This document shows, piece by piece, positions 28,608 through 38,504 of a DNA stretch of 64,000 nt (its first letter is position 1; each line of letters opens with the position of its first letter). The stretch covers positions 588-64,587 of the forward strand of contig CAKOLK010000005.1 in the NCBI GenBank assembly GCA_934096275.1, given 5' to 3'. The translations under genes were made by a program, and so were the position numbers. The notes below the pieces were generated by a model. It ran no database searches. It saw only the letters and a list, made by a program, of their open reading frames with translations, and had not been told where the DNA came from. This DNA is from an uncultured Bacilli bacterium (GTDB lineage Bacteria; Bacillota_I; Bacilli_A; RF39; UBA660).

Positions 28608-29933
28608 TTAGTACCACATACTTGTATAGTTGCCATCTTTCTTATAAAAACTATCCATTAAATTAACTGTTTCAAAGTATTTATGTAACTCTTCTTTTTT
28701 ATATTTATTTATATTAACACCATATGGTGATATCCAAAGCGACTCACCAATATAATAATAGTCCTTATCAATTCCCACGACTATTGCAGAATGCCCTTCA
28801 GAAACAGATACTTCTCCAAGTAAATCTCCTGCTTTTATTTTATTAGAAAGAGCAAGATCTTTCGTCAGTTTATGCTCTTCACCAACATCATTTAAATTTT
28901 TATATTTTTTGGAACCTCCGTAAGCTCCTAGATCTTCAATATCAAAACCACCATTATAAACTACCCAAGTTATAAAGCCACTACAATCAAGTCCATTTTG
29001 TCTATTTCCTTTACTTGGATTAGAATAGATACTACATCCCCATGGAGCAGGACCATTAAGTGAATATTTTATATCTTTAGTTTTTTCATATGATAAGTAC
29101 AAACCTTTATGATAATACCTACCTTCACCATCCACTTTTTTTCCACCACTATAATTTGCCATACGACCATTTTCTGAAAAATATTTTATTTTATATGGAA
29201 ACTCTAATGTTAAAAATCTAACCGCTGCAACTACACCAGCACGTGTACTATTACCAGCTTCTTCTACTCTATCGTATAATATTTTATCTAACAACTCTGC
29301 ATCATCATCACTATAATTATTACATGGCAAATTCTTTTTATCATAATTAAATTCCTTAGGCATCTTATTAATTAAATTAGTTACTACTACCGACACTTCT
29401 TTTTTTACATCACCATTAGAAATAATTACTTTAGCATTTCCTTTAACATTACTATTCATAATATTATTACTAATTGATATAACGTTATAATCAGATGATT
29501 TTAATAAAATATCATTTTTACCAAGTTCAATTACATCATATTTTATTTCAGAAACATCTTTTTCCGCTAAAAAATAAGTATCTTTTTTAACAATAATATC
29601 AAGAACCTTATTAATCTTATACTCACTTACTACATCATTCTCTTTTAAATAAACATAATAACTACCAGAATCTTTAACCTCATACAAGCATTTTTTATCA
29701 ATCACTTTTTCAAACTTCATTTCTTTTTTCTTTCCTTCTTTTGAAACGACACAATATAAATTATCACTATCTCTAGAAACATCTAATGTAAGCATATAAT
29801 CTTTATAATTATTATAAGTAACATTAATATCTTTAAGTTCATCAGTTTCTCTAGCAAAAGAAAAATATAATCCAATCAAAGACAATCCAAGTATAAAAAG
29901 CACAAAAGATATTGCATACAATCTCCTACTCAT
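28608..29933 (-). CDS. membrane-anchored NlpC/P60 family cell-wall hydrolase
   Basis: Signal anchor, Ig-like middle region, then GLDCSGFITWVVYNGG (catalytic Cys) and SEGHSAIVVG (His). Confidence 0.7.
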   Translation of the reverse strand: MSRRLYAISFVLFILGLSLIGLYFSFARETDELKDINVTYNNYKDYMLTLDVSRDSDNLYCVVSKEGKKKEMKFEKVIDKKCLYEVKDSGSYYVYLKENDVVSEYKINKVLDIIVKKDTYFLAEKDVSEIKYDVIELGKNDILLKSSDYNVISISNNIMNSNVKGNAKVIISNGDVKKEVSVVVTNLINKMPKEFNYDKKNLPCNNYSDDDAELLDKILYDRVEEAGNSTRAGVVAAVRFLTLEFPYKIKYFSENGRMANYSGGKKVDGEGRYYHKGLYLSYEKTKDIKYSLNGPAPWGCSIYSNPSKGNRQNGLDCSGFITWVVYNGGFDIEDLGAYGGSKKYKNLNDVGEEHKLTKDLALSNKIKAGDLLGEVSVSEGHSAIVVGIDKDYYYIGESLWISPYGVNINKYKKEELHKYFETVNLMDSFYKKDGNYTSMWY

Positions 29934-30002
29934 ACTACCACCTATTATAATTAGATTATAACTTTAAACATTAAAAAAAGCAATAAAAAAAGTACCTAAG
30001 TA

Positions 30003-32027
30003 CTATTTTTCATATTCACAAGAAGAACAAACTATTTTATCTTTCTTTTCCAAAAGAATACTATTACACTTAGGACATCTTTCATTTATAGGCTTATCCC
30101 AAAAAGCAGTATTACATTTAGGAAAATTATTACATCCATAAAATATTTTTCCTCTTTTAGTTTTTCTTTCTACTATTTTCCCATCACAATTAGGACAATC
30201 ACATATTTCAATAATCTTTTTTTCCTCTTTTTTAATATATTTACATTCAGGATAATTACTACAAGCAGTAAAATCTCCATACTTACCTTTTCTAATTACA
30301 AGAGGGCTATTGCATAATGGGCAAGATTCTCCAGTCTTTTCTGGTTCTTTCTTTTCCATTTCACTAAATGCAGTTTTTACAAGAGGTTCAAACTCTTTAT
30401 AAAAACTATCAAGCATTTCATTCCATACTTCTTTCCCTTCCGCTATCTTATCAAGATCATCTTCCATTTTAGCAGTATACTCAACATTAATTATATTAGA
30501 GAAAAACTCTTGAAGCTTATGAGTAGTTAAGATACCTATTTCAGTAGGTTTAAACTTTTTATCTTCAAGCAATACATATCCTCTTTCTTTTAATGTATCA
30601 ATAATCTTAACATAAGTAGAAGGTCTACCAATACCTAACTCTTCAAGTTCTTTAATTAGTTTAGCTTCAGTATATCTAGGTTTTGGCTTAGTAAAATGTT
30701 GTTCATCCACTATTTCATTAGCAATAACTATATTAGTATTATAGTTTTCTAAATCAGGTAATATTTTTTCTTCAGTAGATTCATAATCTTTATATACTTT
30801 TAAGTAACCATCAAAAGTTATAATAGATCCAGTTGTCTTAAATTGATAATTATTATTATTTAAAATAATTGTAGTAGTAAGAGCTTTAGCATCAATCATT
30901 AAAGAAGCAAGAGCTCTAAAATATATTAATTTATATAATTTATACTCATCTTCAGATAAATACTTTTTAACCTTATCAGGACTCTTATTAATATCAGTTG
31001 GTCTAATAGCTTCATGCGCATCTTGAACATTTTCTTTATTTTTAGTTTGTTTGACATAACCAACATACTCTTTTCCATAGTTATCATTAATATACTTATA
31101 AGTATTTTTAATAAACTCATCACTAAGTCTTATAGAGTCTGTTCTCATATAAGTAATTAACCCAGTAGTTTCATTTTCTAACTCAACACCTTCATATAAC
31201 TTTTGAGCAATAGACATCGTCTTTTTACCAGGAAAATTATATTTGTTTGATGCATCTTGTTGAAGAGTTGATGTTGTATAAGGTGGTTTTGCTTTTTTGT
31301 TTTTATCTTTTTTATCTATACTTTCTATTTCAAAAGTCTTAGACAATTTATCTAAAATATCATTCTTTTCTTTCTCAGTCTTAATTTCAATATCCTTATG
31401 ATCATATTGAAATAATTTAGATTCAAAATCATTAAAAATTGCAGTAATAGTATAATATTCTTCAGGAATAAAAGCATTAATTTCTTCTTCACGATCCACG
31501 ATTAGTTTAAGTGCCACTGATTGTACTCTTCCTGCAGACTTACCACCTGTTTTAGATTGCATTAACTTAGATAATCTAAAACCAATTATACGATCTAGAA
31601 TTCTTCTTGACTCTTGAGACTTAACTAAATCATCATCAATCTTTCTAGGATGATTAAAAGCATCACGTACTTTATCTTTAGTTATTTCGTTGAATACTAC
31701 TCTATCATATTTATCATCTTTTAATTTTAAAGCATCTTTTAAGTGCCATGCAATTGCTTCTCCTTCACGGTCAGGATCGGATGCTAAATATACTAAATTA
31801 CTTTCTTTAGCAAGTTTCTTTAACTCAGTAACAACACTTTTTTTACCCTTAATTATTTCATAATCAGGTTTAAAACCATCATCTACATCAACACCAAAAC
31901 CAAACTTACCAGTAGTTGCTAAGTCTCTAATATGTCCTTTTGAAGATACTACTTTATAATCATTACCTAGATATTTTTCAATTGTTTTACTTTTACTAGG
32001 TGATTCCACGATTACTAAATTTTTCAT
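30003..32027 (-). CDS. topA: DNA topoisomerase I
   Basis: TOPRIM domain LVIVESPSKSKTIEKYLG and DPDREGEAIAWH, plus C-terminal Cys4 zinc ribbons. Confidence 0.95.
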   Translation of the reverse strand: MKNLVIVESPSKSKTIEKYLGNDYKVVSSKGHIRDLATTGKFGFGVDVDDGFKPDYEIIKGKKSVVTELKKLAKESNLVYLASDPDREGEAIAWHLKDALKLKDDKYDRVVFNEITKDKVRDAFNHPRKIDDDLVKSQESRRILDRIIGFRLSKLMQSKTGGKSAGRVQSVALKLIVDREEEINAFIPEEYYTITAIFNDFESKLFQYDHKDIEIKTEKEKNDILDKLSKTFEIESIDKKDKNKKAKPPYTTSTLQQDASNKYNFPGKKTMSIAQKLYEGVELENETTGLITYMRTDSIRLSDEFIKNTYKYINDNYGKEYVGYVKQTKNKENVQDAHEAIRPTDINKSPDKVKKYLSEDEYKLYKLIYFRALASLMIDAKALTTTIILNNNNYQFKTTGSIITFDGYLKVYKDYESTEEKILPDLENYNTNIVIANEIVDEQHFTKPKPRYTEAKLIKELEELGIGRPSTYVKIIDTLKERGYVLLEDKKFKPTEIGILTTHKLQEFFSNIINVEYTAKMEDDLDKIAEGKEVWNEMLDSFYKEFEPLVKTAFSEMEKKEPEKTGESCPLCNSPLVIRKGKYGDFTACSNYPECKYIKKEEKKIIEICDCPNCDGKIVERKTKRGKIFYGCNNFPKCNTAFWDKPINERCPKCNSILLEKKDKIVCSSCEYEK

Positions 32028-32165
32028 GATATCACATCCCTCGTAATAATTTATACATTAATTTTTTAAATATGTCAATCATTTTTTCATGTATTAAAAA
32101 ATATGATATGTAAATTTTTAAATATATCATATTAATAGAAAAATAATAAAAAATAGATAAATTAA

Positions 32166-32190
32166 CTAAAAAAGTGCTTAAAAAGCACTT
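32166..32190 (-). terminator. rho-independent terminator
   Basis: 8-bp stem aagtgctt/aagcactt with a 3-nt loop, followed by a T-run on the minus strand. Confidence 0.6.
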
Positions 32191-32421
32191 AATCTTTTAT
32201 AGTACAATCATAATAATATGATCAATACCTATAAAAGTATCATAATATATAGTTAAATTGCACTCAGTATTTTTTAAAATATTATATATTGGAGTATGTA
32301 ATAAGAAAAAAACTTTGTTACTAGTAATAGCACACCAACTATAATTACGACATATAACAAAGGAAAGCGGACTAAGAGCAAACACTTTCCTTCGTTCACA
32401 TATTATACCATACGCATAAAA

Positions 32422-33429
32422 CTATCGCAATACTTTTTTGCCATTTTCTATATAGTCCTTAACAGGCCCATATGATTTTCGATGTTGCTTTAATATACCA
32501 TGTTTTTCTATAGCATCAAGATGATCCTTAGTAGGATATCCTTTATTGTTTTTGAAGTTATATTCTGGATAATCATTATCAAGTTCATACATCATTTTAT
32601 CTCTTGTTACTTTTGCAATAACTGATGCTGCAGCGATTGTTTGTGATTTAAAATCTCCTTTTATAATTGATGTTGTTGGAATATCGATATCTAGTTTCAT
32701 TGCATCAATTAATATATGTTCAGGTTTAATATCTAAATTATTTATGGCTTCTTTCATAGCAAGTTTTGTTGCCTCATAGATATTTACCTCATCAATTATA
32801 TCATTATCAATAATACCTATTCCAATAGCTAATGCATCTTTTTTTATAATATCATAGTAATAATCTCTTTTCTTTTCAGACAACTTCTTTGAATCAGTAA
32901 GACCTTTTAAAATGTAATCTTTCGGAAGAATAACTGCAGATGCTACAACTGGACCAATTAAAGGGCCTCTTCCTACTTCATCTACTCCGGCGATTAAAGT
33001 TATATCTTTATCATATAATTCTTTTTCATATCTCATATTATCTATGCTACATAAGTATAAATCTATTGCTTTAATGTCCTTAACATCTTTTTTTCTATTC
33101 AATTCTTTTTTTCTATTCATAACGCTTTCTAAGTCTTGACAATAATAACCTTCGATAAGTTCTTTTTTAATATTTGAATCTAAATTACTTATTTCAAACA
33201 CATCATATTTAATTATTTCTATATTATTTTCATATATTGAGTTATATTTTTCTTTTAATTTATTAAATGAATCAGACTTAACAGATATATTTATATCATT
33301 AGTTTCTTTTTTAATACCATGAAGTACTAAAGATGCACCCATCAAAACAATAAACTCATCATTACTTAATTCCAATTCATTTAACTTATAAAGTATCTCT
33401 TCTTTATTTAACATCTTCAAATCTATCAA
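32422..33429 (-). CDS. rnhB: ribonuclease HII with an N-terminal extension of about 140 aa
   Basis: [22 protein letters not shown] starts near aa 148; the RNase HII core runs to the C-terminus. Confidence 0.85.
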   Translation of the reverse strand: MIDLKMLNKEEILYKLNELELSNDEFIVLMGASLVLHGIKKETNDINISVKSDSFNKLKEKYNSIYENNIEIIKYDVFEISNLDSNIKKELIEGYYCQDLESVMNRKKELNRKKDVKDIKAIDLYLCSIDNMRYEKELYDKDITLIAGVDEVGRGPLIGPVVASAVILPKDYILKGLTDSKKLSEKKRDYYYDIIKKDALAIGIGIIDNDIIDEVNIYEATKLAMKEAINNLDIKPEHILIDAMKLDIDIPTTSIIKGDFKSQTIAAASVIAKVTRDKMMYELDNDYPEYNFKNNKGYPTKDHLDAIEKHGILKQHRKSYGPVKDYIENGKKVLR

Positions 33430-34324
33430 AAGTAATTCCCTTTACTTTGCCTTTCTTTATGTCGTTTATTATTATATCTATTACTTTATCATAGTCTATG
33501 AGACCGCCCTTCATAAGGCAACCTTTCTTTCTACCTATTATTTCAAATACTTCATAGGTATCAGAAGTATCAAGAGTACCATAGTTATCAATTAAAATAT
33601 CTTTATAGTATTTAGATAAAAAATCTAATATATAGACTGCTACATCCTCAAGGGGTAATATTTCTTCTTTAATTGCAGTAGTACTAGCAAGATTAAAAGC
33701 AACACGATCTTGTTCTAATTTAGGCCATAGTATTCCAGGTGAATCAAGTAATTCGATGTTTTTACCCACTCTTATCCAACTAAGATTTTTAGTAACACCA
33801 GGTTTGTTTCCTGTTACTGTTATTTTTCTTCCTACTATTTTATTTATCAATGTAGATTTACCAGCATTTGGTATACCTATTACTAATGCACGTATTGATT
33901 GTTTCTTTATTCCTTTTTCTTCTTGCTTTTTTATTTTATCTTTTAATATTTCATTACTTAAATCAAATAAATTATTAAGATTATCATTTGATGTAAGATC
34001 ACATTTAATTATTTTATATCCAAGAGATTCATAATACTTAGCAAACTTATCAGTTTCAATCTTATCACATAAATCATACTTAGTCATTATTAATATTCTA
34101 GGTTTATTAGATATTAAATCATCTATATCTATTATTTTAGAACTATATGGAATACGTGAATCTATCACTTCATAAATGATGTCTATTACATTTAGGTTTT
34201 CTTTTATTAGTCTTTTAGTTTTGGCCATGTGACCAGGATACCAATTGATATTCACTCTATTCGAAGTATCACTTTCCATAATCTTTTTTTCTTTTCTTTC
34301 TTTTCTTTTTTGATACATATCCAT
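33404..34324 (-). CDS. rbgA: ribosome biogenesis GTPase A (YlqF/RbgA)
   Basis: [13 protein letters not shown], circularly permuted GTPase motifs (TKYDL ... GIPNAGKST). Confidence 0.9.
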   Translation of the reverse strand: MDMYQKRKERKEKKIMESDTSNRVNINWYPGHMAKTKRLIKENLNVIDIIYEVIDSRIPYSSKIIDIDDLISNKPRILIMTKYDLCDKIETDKFAKYYESLGYKIIKCDLTSNDNLNNLFDLSNEILKDKIKKQEEKGIKKQSIRALVIGIPNAGKSTLINKIVGRKITVTGNKPGVTKNLSWIRVGKNIELLDSPGILWPKLEQDRVAFNLASTTAIKEEILPLEDVAVYILDFLSKYYKDILIDNYGTLDTSDTYEVFEIIGRKKGCLMKGGLIDYDKVIDIIINDIKKGKVKGITFDRFEDVK

Positions 34325-34374
34325 TATTTACCACTTCCTTATTCGTTAAAATCTATTTATCAAATTGCATACGT

Positions 34375-34782
34375 TTATTTTTTATAATAATTTACATCTT
34401 CTAATTTTTTTATGTTTTCTTTAACCCATGGATTACATGCGACTACCTTGTTTATTTTTAATGATACATTCATTTCATTAGTCGTAATATTCATAGTATT
34501 TTCAAGCAAAATTCCTTTTCTTATTTCAAATTTTATAATATTTTTCCATTCTATTAAACAGCAATCTAAAATATTCCAATCACCATGAACAGGAAAAATA
34601 TAAATTCCTTTTTCATCAAAGCCAAATAGGTATGATGTTGCTTGTTCTGATGCAATTACCATTACTGGTCCAACTGGTAAAACCCATTTTACTTTATTAA
34701 TACTATGCCCCGGTAGAATATTATTTTTATAACTAAAATTCCATTTATTTAATTTTTCTTTTACTTTTTCTAAATTAAGCAT
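34375..34782 (-). CDS. hypothetical protein (possibly a bacterial PH-like fold)
   Basis: 135-aa ORF with an RBS; no recognisable motif. Confidence 0.4.
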   Translation of the reverse strand: MLNLEKVKEKLNKWNFSYKNNILPGHSINKVKWVLPVGPVMVIASEQATSYLFGFDEKGIYIFPVHGDWNILDCCLIEWKNIIKFEIRKGILLENTMNITTNEMNVSLKINKVVACNPWVKENIKKLEDVNYYKK

Positions 34783-34802
34783 ATTTCTATCTTCCTTTCA
34801 TA

Positions 34803-35822
34803 TCATAACTTGTCTGTTTCTTCTATTAATAAATCAAAATCTGATTTATATAATTTATCTTGTTTTATTCTATATCTTTCAAATTCTGTTAATGCTTTAT
34901 CGCAAGCTATTTCATGTGATATTCTTCCCGCATCTTTTAATATATCCCTATCATCAGCAAGCAAAAACTTATCTATTCTAGATGACCAGTCTTCCATCGT
35001 CATTGGAATATGTCTTCTCGCCCTATTTTCAGCAATTTCTAAAAATGCACTAACAATTCCTTCTAAATCTTTTAATTCTTCTTTATTTAAATAATTTTTA
35101 GCAATTATTACATCTGATTCTATAATTTTACCATTAGGACTATTTTTCCATGAAGTCAAGCCCATATGTTCTTTTTCTGAATTGACTCTACTATATATAA
35201 TTTCTGCTGCTGTTTGTTTTGACACAGCAAAGTGCATTTTATTTTGAACCCTTTTAAAGAAATCGATTGATATAGGAGATTTAGGATCGTAATCTATACT
35301 TGTAGCATAAATGTCAGTTACTTTTTGATAAAATCTTCTTTCAGATAACCTAATTTCTCGAACTTCTTCTAATAACTTTTCAAAATAATCTTTATCAATA
35401 AATGAACCATTTTTCATTCTTTCTTTATCTAATACATATCCTTGAATTGCAAATGTTTTAAGTATATTTGTCGCCCATCTTCTAAATTGTGTCGCTCTTA
35501 ATGAATTTACTCTATATCCAACTGATATTATGGCATCTAAATTATAAAATTCAACATTTCTCTTAACACTTCTATTTCCCTCTTTTTGAACTAATTCCAT
35601 TTTGGAATAAGTTGAATCTTTGTCTAACTCCTTTTCATTATATATATTTATAAGATGCTTTGCTATTGCAGGTTGTTCAACACCGAATAATTCTGCCATA
35701 GCTTTTTGTGTCATCCATAAAGTCTCATTTTCATATCTAACTTGAATGCCTTTATCTTTTTCTTGGAGTTTGAATGTTATAAATTCTTCAGTACTACTTC
35801 TAATTATTAAATCTTTTGCCAT
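34803..35822 (-). CDS. RhuM family protein (copy 1)
   Basis: LWMTQKAMAELFGV....NLDAIISVGYRVNSLRATQFRRWATNILK, typical of Virulence_RhuM. Start set at MAKDL (AAAGGAG RBS). Confidence 0.75.
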   Translation of the reverse strand: MAKDLIIRSSTEEFITFKLQEKDKGIQVRYENETLWMTQKAMAELFGVEQPAIAKHLINIYNEKELDKDSTYSKMELVQKEGNRSVKRNVEFYNLDAIISVGYRVNSLRATQFRRWATNILKTFAIQGYVLDKERMKNGSFIDKDYFEKLLEEVREIRLSERRFYQKVTDIYATSIDYDPKSPISIDFFKRVQNKMHFAVSKQTAAEIIYSRVNSEKEHMGLTSWKNSPNGKIIESDVIIAKNYLNKEELKDLEGIVSAFLEIAENRARRHIPMTMEDWSSRIDKFLLADDRDILKDAGRISHEIACDKALTEFERYRIKQDKLYKSDFDLLIEETDKL

Positions 35823-35980
35823 TGTTATCATCTCCTTTGTCTGAAATATTAGTTTTCCATAAATCGTAATTACCATCCTTTTTTGAATTCTTTTATAAAT
35901 TTTATCTAAAAAATGTAAAAAGAAATAAATAGAAAATGCTTTATTTATAAATATTTGTGAGTGGTTTTACATTAGTCGGT

Positions 35981-36087
35981 ATATACCAATTAATATTCAC
36001 TTTATTAGAAGTATCACTTTTCATAATCCTTTTTTCTCTTCTTTCCTTTCTTTTTTGATACATATCCATTTTAATCACTTCCTTATT
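35981..36087 (-). pseudogene. duplicated 5' fragment of rbgA (RBS plus about 29 codons)
   Basis: About 90% identical over roughly 107 nt to 34236-34343. Reads [29 protein letters not shown], then diverges. Confidence 0.75.
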
Positions 36088-37087
36088 TATTACCATTATT
36101 TTCATTTAAATATTTATTATAAAATTCATCCATTGAAGAAATATATTTTTGATCTTGTATAACTCTAAATTTTTCATATTCTTTTTCTGCTTTTTCTACT
36201 GCTTCTTCATGAGATATACTGCCACTGTTATTTAATACTTCTTTTCTTCTGAATTTTAATAAATCATCAGTTGCATTTATCCAGTCCTTCATTGTCATAA
36301 CATGTCTTTGTTTTGCCTCATCTTCAGCAAATGCTAAAAACATATTTGTTAAATCTTTTAAATTGTTCATTTCTTCTTCGCTTAAATAATTTTTTGCAAT
36401 AACTACATCATACTTATATATTAAACCATCAGGAGAATTTTTCCAATTAGTTAATCCCATATGCTCTTTTTCCGAATTTACTCTATTATATATTAGTTCA
36501 GCAGCAGTATGTCCACTTATAGCATAATGCAACTTATTTTGAACCATTTCAAAAAAAGTGTAAGCTTCTTCTGACTTTGGATTATAATCAGTTGAAGTAG
36601 CAATAAATAAATCAGTAATTTTTTGACATGCCATTCTTTCGCTAACTCTAATTGTTTTGATACGTTCTAATAATTCATCAAAATATTTTATATCATATTT
36701 ATTTCCATTTATAAAACGTTCATCATTTAAAGCAAAACCCTTAGTCATATATTCTTTTAGTATTTTTGTAGCCCATATTCTAAACTCTGTTGCTTTTTTA
36801 GAATTAATTCTATAACCAACAGCAATTATAGCATCAAGACTATAAATCGTCGTATTATATTTTTTTCCATCATCGGCAGTTAACGAGCATTTCTCGGTAA
36901 CTGATTTTCTATCTAACTCATTATCTTCAAATATATGTTTTAAGTGTAAACTTATATTATCAGTAGAACATCCAAAAACTTTTGACATTGCTTTTTGTGA
37001 CAGCCATAAAGTTTCATCTTTATAAATAGCATCTACTATAATATTGCCTTCACTATTTTTATATATGATTAATTTATTGTCTTCCAT
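36083..37087 (-). CDS. RhuM family protein (copy 2)
   Basis: LWLSQKAMSKVFGC...SLDAIIAVGYRINSKKATEFRIWATKILK. Roughly half the residues are identical to copy 1. Confidence 0.75.
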   Translation of the reverse strand: MEDNKLIIYKNSEGNIIVDAIYKDETLWLSQKAMSKVFGCSTDNISLHLKHIFEDNELDRKSVTEKCSLTADDGKKYNTTIYSLDAIIAVGYRINSKKATEFRIWATKILKEYMTKGFALNDERFINGNKYDIKYFDELLERIKTIRVSERMACQKITDLFIATSTDYNPKSEEAYTFFEMVQNKLHYAISGHTAAELIYNRVNSEKEHMGLTNWKNSPDGLIYKYDVVIAKNYLSEEEMNNLKDLTNMFLAFAEDEAKQRHVMTMKDWINATDDLLKFRRKEVLNNSGSISHEEAVEKAEKEYEKFRVIQDQKYISSMDEFYNKYLNENNGNK

Positions 37088-37322
37088 CAACAATCTCCTT
37101 TCTATTATTTTTTTCTTATAGCAAAATAGTTTGCCCTAATGCAGCAACTTCTTTGTTTGGATCTGCGTTTTGTACTATTAAATAATATATATCTTGAAAG
37201 TTTATAATCTTTAATGATTTCTTCTTTTTCTCAGCCAACTTTTATTGACTTGTTGAACTCAACAGCCCAATAAAAATTGATTGAATTGCTAGTATATCTA
37301 TCTCTAACTTTTTTCTTGATTA

Positions 37323-37652
37323 TTACTTTCCATCATCACTAACAGCATACTGCGATAAATTAGAAGGTATCGAACATTCATTAACCGGTATTCCTCTTGT
37401 ATCTAAGATTTTCATAAGGGCAATACTTAATGCCGCATTTTGCATAACTCTTTTTCTCATTTCTATTATTGCATGGGGATTATTTACATCGATATCATCA
37501 ATTTTTTGAATACGCTTTCTAAACATTCTTCTCCATTCTTCAATATTCCATTTTTCGTTATACTCTCCCCATAAGTATTCTTCAAGTTTTCTTGATGCAA
37601 TTATAACTTCTCTAATTTGTTCTTCTTCATCAGTAAATATTTTCTCATTCAT
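37323..37652 (-). CDS. hypothetical protein
   Basis: ORF with a GGTGA RBS. Its 5' end overlaps a scar of a third RhuM 3' end. Confidence 0.35.
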   Translation of the reverse strand: MNEKIFTDEEEQIREVIIASRKLEEYLWGEYNEKWNIEEWRRMFRKRIQKIDDIDVNNPHAIIEMRKRVMQNAALSIALMKILDTRGIPVNECSIPSNLSQYAVSDDGK

Positions 37653-37769
37653 TTTTGTCACCATCACTTTCATTTAAATATTTATTATAAAACTTACAAT
37701 TTTTTTATTCTATCTTCAAAGGTTAACGATTTAATTATTTTCTACAACTTCTTCACCCACTTAAGTATA

Positions 37770-37818
37770 CCACAAAAAAAGATAGATTTAAAACCTTTTC
37801 ACTGACAATCTATCTTTT
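37770..37818 (-). terminator. rho-independent terminator
   Basis: 12-bp stem aaaagatagatt/aatctatctttt with an 18-nt loop, followed by a 7-T run on the minus strand. Confidence 0.55.
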
Positions 37819-38040
37819 AAAAATCAACCTAATGTTTTACTATTTCATCTATTTCTTTGTATTTATCTATATTATTATAACTAGTTATAATAGATGAAGC
37901 GGCGCCTTATAACTTTTCTAACTCTGGATCAAGAATCATAATAAACTTACCAAAATCAATAGGCTTTTTCGTTTATTATTTTCTATATTATACTATGTAT
38001 CAATTATGAAATAACAAAGTTATAAAAAAATCTAAGCAAC

Positions 38041-38490
38041 CTATTTACACTTAATTCTCTTATTATAATTATTTAAAAACTCATCTAACTCATTCTCATC
38101 ATTAAATATTTCTTCAAAGATATTGTATAAAGTATCAGTTTGTTCATATTCTCCAATAGCATAACACTTTTTACCAAGTCCATAAGCAATGCCTGATTCT
38201 ATATGGGCTGCCTTTCCAGCAGGTAATACAAGTAGTAAATTGTTTGAGTTTTTTTCTCCTTCTAAATCAGTATAAAAAAGATTTAGAACAACATCACTTT
38301 TTAAGCCAAGTGACTCAAATTCTTTTTGATTTTCTTCAGGAGTATTATCTTTACTACCATATCCCCAGTCATCTTCGTTTTTTAAGAAACAATAATAAGA
38401 AATATTGTACTTATCAAATAAGTCACATATTCTAAGTATATTTTCTTTGTTTCTTGCTCTTCCTGAAATAAAAAAATCATATTTATTCAT
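38041..38490 (-). CDS. nucleoside 2-deoxyribosyltransferase-like protein
   Basis: FFISGRARN ... LLLVLPAGKAAHIESGIAYGLGKKCYAIG resembles the NDT/Rcl fold signature (recall only). Confidence 0.4.
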   Translation of the reverse strand: MNKYDFFISGRARNKENILRICDLFDKYNISYYCFLKNEDDWGYGSKDNTPEENQKEFESLGLKSDVVLNLFYTDLEGEKNSNNLLLVLPAGKAAHIESGIAYGLGKKCYAIGEYEQTDTLYNIFEEIFNDENELDEFLNNYNKRIKCK

Positions 38491-38504
38491 AATACATCTC
38501 TCCC

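Noticed and set aside
32197-32385. 62-aa minus-strand ORF between rnhB and topA
   Set aside because: It has a GTG start only 3 nt from a purine-rich stretch, an unusual composition and no recognisable family, so I treated the region as non-coding.
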